Shown here in pieces: positions 40,216-49,124 of a stretch of 64,000 nt of DNA. This stretch comes from an uncultured Bacilli bacterium (GTDB taxonomy: Bacteria > Bacillota_I > Bacilli_A > RFN20 > CAG-449). The stretch spans positions 3,253-67,252 of the forward strand of contig CANQEO010000002.1 of the NCBI GenBank assembly GCA_947595215.1, given 5' to 3'. Made by a program: the position numbers and the translations under genes. How positions within the stretch are numbered: the stretch's first letter is position 1; each line of letters begins with the position of its first letter. The notes below the pieces were generated by a model that searched no databases, was not told the origin of the DNA, and was given only the letters and a program-made list of their open reading frames with translations.

Positions 40216-40640
40216 CAGCCAAAGTCATATATTCATTTTAACGGGGATGACTGATTAGTTTAATTATTATGGCTTAATTGTGGTTGCAATCATCATGGTA
40301 CCGAATATCATTAGTACATTGTTTATCTAATGAAAGCGAATGGTTTAAAGAAGTTCCACAACAGGGACTTCTTTTTTTGTGGACTAAACATCCAAAAAAT
40401 GTGCCAAAAAAAATCACCTAAATGAATGTGTGAGTCAATTTTGATAGATGTTTTTTTATCTTAAAAAGTTCAAACCCATAATACACGATAGGGTTCAAAC
40501 TCTATATGACCCTAAACTATCACTTTACAAAAACAAAGCCTATTTTTTTAATTCAAAAACTTTAAAATTATTAATTTGATAAATTTTCAAAAAATTCTAT
40601 GGTCTACAAAGTTAACAAACTACCACGAAAGTGCTATAAA

Positions 40641-40679
40641 AAGAAAAAAATCGTTCTATTATTTTTAATAATAGAACGA
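40641..40679 (-). terminator. rho-independent terminator after tRNA-Leu
   Basis: Minus strand: TCGTTCTATTA-n7-TAATAGAACGA (11-bp perfect stem) followed by TTTTTTTC. Confidence 0.75.
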
Positions 40680-40691
40680 GATTCTCTTTCA

Positions 40692-40776
40692 TGGTGGGGA
40701 TAATGGGAGTCGAACCCATACGCAGTTAAGCACTAGAACCTGAATCTAGCGTGTCTACCAATTTCACCATATCCCC
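40692..40776 (-). tRNA. tRNA-Leu (anticodon CAG), type II long variable arm, CCA encoded
   Basis: Hand-folded: acceptor GGGGATA/TATCCCC, anticodon stem CTAGA/TCTAG with loop TTCAGGT, T-arm ATGGG-TTCGACT-CCCAT. 85 nt. Confidence 0.9.
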
Positions 40777-40803
40777 AAAATCACCATCTAATCTAAATGG
40801 TAA

Positions 40804-41259
40804 TTAATAATTCTTTTTATTTTCAATCGCTTTATATTCTTCAAAAAGATTTAAACATTGTTTACGATCTAACTCAAGAATAAATTCTTTTTTCTTTTCA
40901 TCAGTCATCTCATAAAACACTTTATCTCGAAAACCGATATCTTCGGTATCAACGATATTACAACCAAAGTAGACTTTAGCAATATTGGCCCAAAGAATGG
41001 CACCCAAACACATTGGGCATGGTTCTGCAGTTGTATATAATTCACAACCACTCAAATCAAAAGTTCCTAACTTTTTAGAAGCTTTACGAATCGCCATCAT
41101 TTCTCCATGGCAAGTAGCATCACGATTTTTAATAACTTCATTATGTCCTTTAGCAACGATTACACCATCTTTTACAATCACTGCTCCAAATGGACCACCA
41201 TGACCATTATGAATTCCTTTTTTTGCTTCATTGATGGCCGCTCTCATATATTTATTCAT
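40804..41259 (-). CDS. guaD: guanine deaminase-type CDA-fold deaminase (GuaD-like)
   Basis: 151 aa. GGPFGAVIVKDG, zinc motifs HGEMMAI and PCPMCLGA, C-terminal ..NKKNY. Aligns closely by eye along its length with B. subtilis GuaD rather than TadA. Confidence 0.7.
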   Translation of the reverse strand: MNKYMRAAINEAKKGIHNGHGGPFGAVIVKDGVIVAKGHNEVIKNRDATCHGEMMAIRKASKKLGTFDLSGCELYTTAEPCPMCLGAILWANIAKVYFGCNIVDTEDIGFRDKVFYEMTDEKKKEFILELDRKQCLNLFEEYKAIENKKNY

Positions 41260-41284
41260 GACAATCCTCCTATTAATTATTTTA

Positions 41285-42373
41285 CTAAACTTTTCTATCT
41301 AATAAAACTTTTACATAGTCTTTACTCTTAGTCTCTTTCAGCTTAATTAGATTATTTTCTGTTGCGATATTTTCTATGGCTTTTAAAACTTTAGTCAAAT
41401 CTTCACGCGATTTAATTTCAATACGATTGACATTTGATTCGTTTTTGATACCATCTTTCAATACATAACGCATTTTTAAAAGTCGATCTTTTATTTCTAA
41501 ACTGACAAGAAGTTTGTCTTCGTATTTAAAGTTGTCATTATAGAAATTTACTATGTTATGCATTTTAGCATAATTCATTAATGCATTTTTTAAGTGATTA
41601 TAGCAGTACTTTAGTTCCATAGGAGTTTGCCTTAATTCTTCAACAAAAGAAGTTTCTCTAATCACTAGTTTAACCACTTTGCAAAGCGTGGCTTTTCTAA
41701 TCGTCGGTTTTAATTTTTCCATCTCAAGTTCAAATAATGGTTCTTCATCTACAACACTTTCTTCACTTTCAGTCTTTTCTTTAGTGTCATTTTCAAGTAA
41801 AACATCTTCGACAAACTCTTCGACAATTGGATTATCTTCGCATATACCAATTATTTTAACAGTTGATTCTCTATTTGTATCAGTACATTCATCACTGCGA
41901 TCTGCAAGTTCTGAAGTAAAGGTTTTATTCTTATAGATTCCCTGTGCAAGATTAAATAATAAAATAAGGAACAAAAAAGAAAGAATCATTGCTGCGAAAA
42001 GGGTATATACTTGAACAGGTTCAATTCTTAATTTATTGCCAATTTGATTACGATAATGGTAACTAATAAGTGGTAATATTATCACAAACGGAAGATAAAT
42101 TTGACATAAGTAACTGGAAAAGCCTTTATGTTTACGAAGATTATTTACAAGCCAAGAAATTTCAAAGATTAGAAGAGTCAATAAAAGCACTAAAATACAC
42201 GCAACTTTCCAATCTACCATTCTTTCAGAAAAATTAAAAAACTTTTTTATAAACTCCCATATTTCAACAAACATATTTGGTCCCACAATTTGGTTTAATA
42301 TAACGATGACAGTTATAAAAGACATCAATATTAATATAGAAACCATAAAATAAATATTTTTTCTTGTTTTCAT
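41285..42373 (-). CDS. hypothetical membrane protein (4 TM + acidic linker + soluble C-terminal domain)
   Basis: 362 aa. No recognisable motif. 25-nt gap to guaD. Confidence 0.4.
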   Translation of the reverse strand: MKTRKNIYFMVSILILMSFITVIVILNQIVGPNMFVEIWEFIKKFFNFSERMVDWKVACILVLLLTLLIFEISWLVNNLRKHKGFSSYLCQIYLPFVIILPLISYHYRNQIGNKLRIEPVQVYTLFAAMILSFLFLILLFNLAQGIYKNKTFTSELADRSDECTDTNRESTVKIIGICEDNPIVEEFVEDVLLENDTKEKTESEESVVDEEPLFELEMEKLKPTIRKATLCKVVKLVIRETSFVEELRQTPMELKYCYNHLKNALMNYAKMHNIVNFYNDNFKYEDKLLVSLEIKDRLLKMRYVLKDGIKNESNVNRIEIKSREDLTKVLKAIENIATENNLIKLKETKSKDYVKVLLDRKV

Positions 42374-42454
42374 GGTTTACCCCTTTCGAATTAACATAAA
42401 AATTATACTACACATATAATGAAATTGCTATTTTAAAAAATAGATGTTCTCTAA

Positions 42455-42487
42455 ATTAAAAAACGTTACTCATCAATAGTAACGTTT
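42455..42487 (-). terminator. rho-independent terminator after tRNA-Ala
   Basis: Minus strand: AAACGTTACT-n7-AGTAACGTTT followed by TTTTAATTT. Confidence 0.7.
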
Positions 42488-42499
42488 ATTTATCGCTTT

Positions 42500-42575
42500 T
42501 GGTGGAGCTGACGAGGATCGAACTCGCTACCTCCTCCATGCCATGGAGGCGCTCTCCCAGGTGAGCTACAGCCCC
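42500..42575 (-). tRNA. tRNA-Ala (anticodon GGC), CCA encoded
   Basis: Hand-folded: acceptor GGGGCTG/CAGCTCC with the G3:U70 Ala identity pair, anticodon stem CCTCC/GGAGG with loop ATGGCAT, T-arm GCGAG-TTCGATC-CTCGT. 76 nt. Confidence 0.9.
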
Positions 42576-42588
42576 AACTGCGAGATAA

Positions 42589-42617
42589 ATTATATATAGA
42601 ATGAAATAATTAGTCAA
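42589..42617 (-). promoter_or_regulatory. sigma-A promoter of tRNA-Ala
   Basis: Minus strand: TTGACT (42617-12), 17 nt, TATAAT (42594-89). The tRNA 5' end lies 14 nt downstream. Confidence 0.65.
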
Positions 42618-42649
42618 GGATAAATTATTCCTATGGAAAATTTATCAAA

Positions 42650-42838
42650 AAAAGAAAAGCCATACTCGCTCATGTCTTTCGATAGAATGTTAGTGTTGCT
42701 GTTAGAGTGGGTAATATTCTATCTAGCGATCATCCCAGAATCGCAACAATGTCCCCGTACGAATGCTTACGTATATGGCCATTCCGCCTAATAAAATTAG
42801 GCAATATCATTGTTTAATATTTTTATGTAACTGTAAAT
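42650..42838 (-). ncRNA. candidate small structured RNA (unclassified)
   Basis: Promoter TTGACA-16 nt-TACAAT (42872-42845) points into a G+C-richer ~130-nt segment. The segment has several 6-8-bp complementary pairs (GCCATA/TATGGC ends; GATAGAAT/ATTCTATC; TGTTGC/GCAACA) and ends in TTTTCTTTTTTT (42658-42647). No known RNA family recognised. Confidence 0.25.
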
Positions 42839-43576
42839 AAAATCATTGTAACTAATTAGTAGAATTTGTCAACCATTGTTAATTTATGTTGTTTTTTGTC
42901 TGGTTGACAACAAAAAATTATTCCATTATTATAGTCTCTTCTATTTAAGTACATATTCTTCGTTTCTAAATATACTTTTCTAATTTCATTCTACAAATTA
43001 TTCTTTTTCAACCTATCTACTTTTTTGTTAATCCTTGTGAATTTGGTCCAATATTCCAAAACCATCTATCAAAAAACGATACTTTTTTTCATGAATTAAC
43101 CTATACCAAGTTCAATTTGAATCTTTGTGGACTATTGCCAAATCAATACTGAAGCCGGTCTTTGTTGGCATTGATTCTAAAGATGAACCTAAATGCAAAT
43201 CCCCCCTGCAGGGTATGATTTTCATTTATAGTAGTTGATTTCCTTAATAAAATTATACAACTTAAAAAATAATGCTGCAAAATTTCTTAAAGAAATTTCA
43301 TATAAAAAGTCTTCTAATCACCACTTACTTAATCTTTCTTACATCGCCTATTGGATAGCAATAAGGCTACTTGTTTCAATCATTTTTTTCTATTTACTCT
43401 TTACATTTAAATTTGTTTATATTGCAATTTAAAAGGCATTTTTGAGTTATAGAGTGTTATTTTTTGATAGTTATTACTCTTTAAAAACACCTAGACATTG
43501 GGTATCAACCCTATAAAAAACAGACTGACACTATTGCAAATTAGTTTGCATTGGTATCAATCCGATTCTTTCAACA

Positions 43577-43655
43577 TGGTCGGGACGACGCGATTCGAAC
43601 GCGCGACCTCTAGTTCCCGAAACTAGCGCACTAAACCAAACTGTGCTACGTCCCG
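43577..43655 (-). tRNA. tRNA-Pro (anticodon CGG), CCA encoded
   Basis: Hand-folded: acceptor CGGGACG/CGTCCCG, anticodon stem CTAGT/ACTAG with loop TTCGGGA, T-arm GCGCG-TTCGAAT-CGCGT. 79 nt. Begins 13 nt after the polC stop. Confidence 0.85.
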
Positions 43656-43668
43656 AAGGAATCAATCA

Positions 43669-46600
43669 TCAAAATAATGATAATTGATTGTTCTCTGGCA
43701 AATCATCGAGAACTCCGATTTTTCTTAAGTTCTCAATATTTTGTGTGTTAAGACCTGTTCTACGTGATAAATCATCAATAGAGATAAATGGGAGTTTTCG
43801 CGCATCTATCACAGTTTCAGCAGCTTGAACACCTAAACCATCTATAACGCTAAATGGTGGAATTATTGTATCATTTTCTTTATCAACAATAAAGTCTTTG
43901 CTATGAGATTTATAAAGATTTATGTTGCTAAATTTATATCCACGTTCTGCCATCTCTAATGCTACATGTAAAGTTTTTTCAATTTCGTCTTCCTTTGGTG
44001 ATAATTTGCTCCCTTTGTTTTTGATTGCGTCATATTCTTTCAATTTATCAATTATGGCTTGTTCACCTTTTATCATTGTCGCAATATCAAATTGCTTGGC
44101 ACGCGTTGAAAAATATGAGGCATAAAAATGTAATGGATAATATACCTTGTACCATGCAATGCGGCATGCCATCATAACATATGCGACCGCGTGTGCTTTG
44201 GGAAATAAATATTTAATCTTATTACAAGATTCGATGTAGTAATTTGGAATTCCTACTTCTCTAAGCATCTTTTCATCATCCGGACTAATCTTTCTACCTT
44301 TTCTAACACTTTCCATAATTTTAAAAGCTTTCGAAGGCTCCACTCCATGTGATGATAAGTAATTCATAATATCGTCACGGCATCCAATAACTCCGTGAAT
44401 ATCGCAAGTACCATTATTGATTAAGTCTTGAGCATTTCCATTCCACACATCAGTACCATGAGATAAACCCGAAATGATAACTAAGTCAGCAAAGGTCTTT
44501 GGGTTTGTAGCTTTTAACATCTCACGAGTTAATCTCGTCTTAAATTCAGGTACGGCGATAACACCGGTAGTTTCTCCCAAATAATTAGAATGACATTTCA
44601 ATGCATCTCTCGAATAGAAAAGCGAAATTACGTTTTTATCAGTAAGTGGCACATCTTCAGGTTTAATGCCCGTAATATCATTTAACATTTTTAATTGAGT
44701 CGGATCATCATGCCCGAGTAAATCTAACTTTAATACATTATCGTGAATGGCATGGAAGTCGAAATGAGTGGTTTTCCATGTCGCATTTTGATCATCTGCA
44801 GGATATTGAATCGCAGTAAAGTCATAAACTTCCATGTCTTCCGGAATAACAATAATACCGCCGGGATGCTGGCCCGTGGTTCTTTTAACATCTTGACATC
44901 CTTTTGCAAGTTTAAGCTTCATCGCTTGAGAAACTGTATTTGGATCAATACCTAATGATTCATAATACCCGAGCACATAACCGATTGCCGTTTTTTCAGC
45001 AACTGTTTCAATTGTACCCGCACGATATACATTATCTTTTCCTAATAACTCCTTTGTCATATCGTGAGCTTGTGCCTGATAATCACCCGAGAAGTTCAAA
45101 TCAATATCCGGAACTTTTTCTGCATTAAATCCTAAGAATGTCGCAAATGGAATATTTTGACCATCTCTTTTCATCGGTTTATGACAATGAGGACATTCTT
45201 TTTCTGGTAGATCAAATCCACTTCTGATATTAGGATCCTCAACAAATTCAGAATGCTTACAATGTTCACATAAATAATGCGGTGGTAATGCATTAACTTC
45301 TGTGATTGATGCCATTGTAGCTACTAATGAGGAACCGACAGATCCTCTTGAACCTACCATATATCCATCACTACGTGATTTAGTTACAATCTTATGAGCG
45401 ATATAATAAATAACTGAATATCCATTTTTAATAATACCATTTAATTCAGCCTCCAAACGGTCAGAAACTATTTTAGGTAATGGATCTCCATACATTTCAT
45501 GGGCCTTTTTATAGACCATTTCCTTCAATATTTCAGCACAATTTTCAATATGTGGCGGATATAATTGATCTTTTATTGGATATAGTTCATCAAATTGATC
45601 AGCTAACTCATTAGTATTTTTTACAACGATTTCATATGCTTTTTCTTTTCCTAAGAACTCAAAATCAGCAAGCATTTCATCGGTCGGTCTAAAATGTTGA
45701 TTAGGATTTTCTATTGTCGTACCCTTGACTCTTCTCATTAAATTAAGTGGATGAAGTGATCCTCCAACTGCTTTTGCTGAAATATAAACATCACGATAAA
45801 TCTTATCATTTGGATTTAAATAATGGCAATCACTGGTGGCAATAACTTTCTTTCCGATTTCATCAGCGGCTTCAACAATATCTTTCAAAATAGTTTCAAC
45901 ACGCTTTTCATCTTCGATTTGTTTAACATTAATTAAATATACATAATTATCTTTAGGTTGAATTTCGATAAAGTCGTAAAATTTCATCTTTTCTTGGACA
46001 ATATCTTTACTTCTAGTTGATGCTGTATCAAAAACTTCACCATTAAAACATGCACTTCCGATTAGTAAGTGATTACGATATTCAATTACTTTGCTACGCG
46101 GAATACGCGGTAATCCGGCATAAAATTCTATGTGTGATAAAGAGATAAGCGCGAATAAATCTTTTAATCCCTGGGCGTCTTTTGCATAACATGTAATATG
46201 TTTAGAGTGAAGATTTTTAATCATGTCTGCATTGCGTAATTCACTTAAATCTTTATGTTTCATATGTGGATTGTTTTTTGTTAATTTTCCCATCATCGCA
46301 ACCCAAACATATGCTAATACTTCGGCATCGTAATCAGCGCGGTGAGCTACTTCTTCGTTATATTCTACTTCACATTGTCGCGCAGTTGCCCCTAAATTAT
46401 GATATTTATTATTGGCAAATAAGTATTGAGCGATAGGAAGAGTATCAATCACCGGATTCTTCAATTGCTCATAACCAAGATTCACAAGATTTTGATTTAA
46501 AAAGCCAATATCGAAAGTCGCATTGTGAGATACAAGCGTCGCATCTTTAATGAAATTACGAATAACATTTATCACATCTTTAATTTTGGGTTTTTCTCGA

Positions 46601-47949
46601 ACCATACTATTGGTAATATTAGTTAAGTCTTGAACCTTTTCACTGATTTCAATCTCAGGATTAATCAAGATATCTATTCTATCTACTATGATTCCTTCTT
46701 TATACTTAATAGCACCAAATTCAATAATCTTATCATAACGGGCGGATAAACCCGTAGTTTCTAAGTCGAACATTACATATGTTGCTTTATTTAACTCTAT
46801 ATCAGAAGGATTCATGATATATTGCAAAACATCATCATACATATATAATTCTGCGCCATATATCATCTTTATCCCATATTCTTTTGCAGCTTTTTGAGCC
46901 TCAGGAAAAGCTTGAACAACGCCATGATCGGTGACAGCAATCGCTTTATGTCCCCATTTACTCGCTTGTTTTACATAGTCACTTATCGAAGTTACTCCAT
47001 CCATAACTGACATTTTACTATGCACATGAAATTCGACACGTTTTTCTTCAGCAGTATCTTCAATTTCTTTTTCAAAAGGTTCTTCTAAGATTGCGATTGA
47101 ACGTGCGATAACTTGAATTCTTTGGTTAAATTTCGAAATTGAAACGCGAGCTTTTATTTCTAAATGCTCTGCTTTTTTTATCATGTCTAATTTTTGAGAT
47201 GCAAAATTTCGATTATTTTCAAACACTAAAACCTCAACCGCATCAGTTCTATCGTATATATAAAGAATTAACATTCTACCGCGTGGAGTGGAACGTTCTT
47301 CGCATCCAAAATTTTGACCGCTGAATTTAACATAACCACTATCTTCTTTTAAATCTTTTAAAAGAATCTCTTGCGCAGGACCGCTAAATTTATAATAATC
47401 ATCACCATAACTTGGACGAGTTGCTTCTTGCGCTTTATATTTTTCAGCTATTTGAGGCAACATTTCTTCTAATTCTTTCGCTCTTTTATCAAGGATATCA
47501 TTACTTGGCTTTTCTTTATGGGCAATAGTAAATTTAAAGTCCATATCATCTAAAAATTCTTCCCATGCTCCTAAAACCGGAGTGAAGTAATTATAATGAG
47601 TCATTCCGTTAAAGACAAAAGTTAGTGTAGTTTTCCCTAATTCACACTGTGGCATTTGCTCTTTATTTAGACCCGTAGTATAAACAAAATCATCACTTAA
47701 TAATTCAACTATTTCTTCCACGCTATACTTGTAAGTATGTTCAAAAGTAATATTAACGTGATATGTTAATGTTTTTATACCATCGAGAATTCTTCTAAAA
47801 TCAAGGTATGACATTTTATGCATAAATGTCATGTTTGCCCTTAAAAGTTCACTCTTTTTATCGTATGAGCATTTAAAAATGACATCCTCATAAGGAGCAT
47901 ATTCTTCAATACCAATCGAGTTTAAAAATCGTACTAAGACACTATCCAC
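43669..47949 (-). CDS. polC: DNA polymerase III PolC-type alpha subunit
   Basis: 1426 aa. PHP domain, embedded DEDDh exonuclease (YVMFDLETTGLS), zinc-finger CEHC..CPHC, polymerase core. Confidence 0.98.
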   Translation of the reverse strand: MDSVLVRFLNSIGIEEYAPYEDVIFKCSYDKKSELLRANMTFMHKMSYLDFRRILDGIKTLTYHVNITFEHTYKYSVEEIVELLSDDFVYTTGLNKEQMPQCELGKTTLTFVFNGMTHYNYFTPVLGAWEEFLDDMDFKFTIAHKEKPSNDILDKRAKELEEMLPQIAEKYKAQEATRPSYGDDYYKFSGPAQEILLKDLKEDSGYVKFSGQNFGCEERSTPRGRMLILYIYDRTDAVEVLVFENNRNFASQKLDMIKKAEHLEIKARVSISKFNQRIQVIARSIAILEEPFEKEIEDTAEEKRVEFHVHSKMSVMDGVTSISDYVKQASKWGHKAIAVTDHGVVQAFPEAQKAAKEYGIKMIYGAELYMYDDVLQYIMNPSDIELNKATYVMFDLETTGLSARYDKIIEFGAIKYKEGIIVDRIDILINPEIEISEKVQDLTNITNSMVREKPKIKDVINVIRNFIKDATLVSHNATFDIGFLNQNLVNLGYEQLKNPVIDTLPIAQYLFANNKYHNLGATARQCEVEYNEEVAHRADYDAEVLAYVWVAMMGKLTKNNPHMKHKDLSELRNADMIKNLHSKHITCYAKDAQGLKDLFALISLSHIEFYAGLPRIPRSKVIEYRNHLLIGSACFNGEVFDTASTRSKDIVQEKMKFYDFIEIQPKDNYVYLINVKQIEDEKRVETILKDIVEAADEIGKKVIATSDCHYLNPNDKIYRDVYISAKAVGGSLHPLNLMRRVKGTTIENPNQHFRPTDEMLADFEFLGKEKAYEIVVKNTNELADQFDELYPIKDQLYPPHIENCAEILKEMVYKKAHEMYGDPLPKIVSDRLEAELNGIIKNGYSVIYYIAHKIVTKSRSDGYMVGSRGSVGSSLVATMASITEVNALPPHYLCEHCKHSEFVEDPNIRSGFDLPEKECPHCHKPMKRDGQNIPFATFLGFNAEKVPDIDLNFSGDYQAQAHDMTKELLGKDNVYRAGTIETVAEKTAIGYVLGYYESLGIDPNTVSQAMKLKLAKGCQDVKRTTGQHPGGIIVIPEDMEVYDFTAIQYPADDQNATWKTTHFDFHAIHDNVLKLDLLGHDDPTQLKMLNDITGIKPEDVPLTDKNVISLFYSRDALKCHSNYLGETTGVIAVPEFKTRLTREMLKATNPKTFADLVIISGLSHGTDVWNGNAQDLINNGTCDIHGVIGCRDDIMNYLSSHGVEPSKAFKIMESVRKGRKISPDDEKMLREVGIPNYYIESCNKIKYLFPKAHAVAYVMMACRIAWYKVYYPLHFYASYFSTRAKQFDIATMIKGEQAIIDKLKEYDAIKNKGSKLSPKEDEIEKTLHVALEMAERGYKFSNINLYKSHSKDFIVDKENDTIIPPFSVIDGLGVQAAETVIDARKLPFISIDDLSRRTGLNTQNIENLRKIGVLDDLPENNQLSLF

Positions 47950-47981
47950 CGCTAAACCTCATCTATCTAAATTTAATACTA

Positions 47982-49124
47982 TTATATAAATAATTTTATA
48001 ATATCTTTAAAAAGTATTACTATCATTAAACCAAACAACAACACCATCCCAATTGTTGAAATTATATTTTTTACTTTGTTTGGCATTTCACGTCTAGTAA
48101 TTCCTTCAAAAGCCACAACTACAAGATGCCACCCATCTAATCCCGGAAATGGTAAAAGATTCATCACCGCAAGGTTAATTGAAATAATTCCCCATAATCT
48201 TAAAAAATAACCAAAGCCTTGTTCATAAGCGCCACGTGATGCTTGAAATATCGCTATTGGTCCTCCGATATTTTCAAATCCTTCTGGAGTAAACATTGTT
48301 CCTAAAGCTTTTACTATGATAACCGAAGAATCACCGGTCTCTTTAAACGCAGAAACGATAATTTCTCCAAAATCGAGATTTCTTCCAATAAAGTAAATAC
48401 CTTTTTCAACGATGTTATATTGCATTGAGTCTCCTTCACCAACAACTTCAAATTTGAGTTTTACTTCACTTTTTCCCTCGCGATAGAATGTTAAAGTGAC
48501 AGTATCATTTGTAGTTATTGGATAAAATTGGCTCTTGCTTATACGATCGTCAGTATAAAGATGATTTAGAGCGTAATAAAGGTCACTACCATTTTGAATA
48601 TTATCTATTGAGTCAGTGACTGTTTCTCCGTTTATATTACCTAAATAGTCAATTTTAATTATTTTATCTTCAGTACGTAAACCTGCATCATATGCTGCAG
48701 TATTCTCTTGAATTGAAAATTGATTGTAACGGGTATCTAATTGAATGGTTGTCGAAAAATAACCGATAAAGAATAGGAAACCGAGTACGAAGTTTAATGT
48801 GACACCAGCGACCATAATAATGGCTCTTTTCCATTTAGCAATACCTAGTAAAGAACGTTCTTTAGGTAAATTTCTTATTTCTTCATCTTCGTCCTCTTCA
48901 GCGCCTTCGCCAACCATTGATACATAACCACCTAATGGAATAGCCCTTATAGAATATTGCGTTTCGCCTTTTTTCCTTTTAAAAAGTAATGGTCCAAATC
49001 CGATTGAAAATTCACGGCAATAAACTTTAAAAAGTTTTGCCATCGAAAAATGGCCTAATTCATGAATAGTAATTAATAATCCTAAACTTACAATGAATAA
49101 TAAAATATCAATAATAATACTCAT
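47982..49124 (-). CDS. rseP: RIP site-2 metalloprotease RseP/RasP (M50)
   Basis: 380 aa. HELGHF, PDZ-like middle region, NLLPFPGLDG. Confidence 0.9.
   Translation of the reverse strand: MSIIIDILLFIVSLGLLITIHELGHFSMAKLFKVYCREFSIGFGPLLFKRKKGETQYSIRAIPLGGYVSMVGEGAEEDEDEEIRNLPKERSLLGIAKWKRAIIMVAGVTLNFVLGFLFFIGYFSTTIQLDTRYNQFSIQENTAAYDAGLRTEDKIIKIDYLGNINGETVTDSIDNIQNGSDLYYALNHLYTDDRISKSQFYPITTNDTVTLTFYREGKSEVKLKFEVVGEGDSMQYNIVEKGIYFIGRNLDFGEIIVSAFKETGDSSVIIVKALGTMFTPEGFENIGGPIAIFQASRGAYEQGFGYFLRLWGIISINLAVMNLLPFPGLDGWHLVVVAFEGITRREMPNKVKNIISTIGMVLLFGLMIVILFKDIIKLFI

Noticed and set aside
40470-40486. GTTCAAACCCATAA resembling the tRNA-Leu T-arm/acceptor segment GTCGAACCCATAC (possible att remnant)
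   Set aside because: Only about 11 of 14 positions match, it lies 220 bp from the tRNA, no integrase is present, and it does not bracket the GC-rich gene. Too weak to call a mobile-element boundary.
43112-43225. 37-aa minus-strand ORF MKIIPCRGDLHLGSSLESMPTKTGFSIDLAIVHKDSN
   Set aside because: Slightly G+C-richer and fragment-like, but it has no SD and no identifiable family. Recorded only as a possible pseudogene remnant.
43235-43432. 65-aa plus-strand ORF in the gap between tRNA-Ala and tRNA-Pro
   Set aside because: TTG start, no SD, and an AT-rich-driven Ile/Leu/Phe/Lys/Tyr composition. Likely chance, though it lies downstream of the putative plus-strand promoter at 42904-42932.
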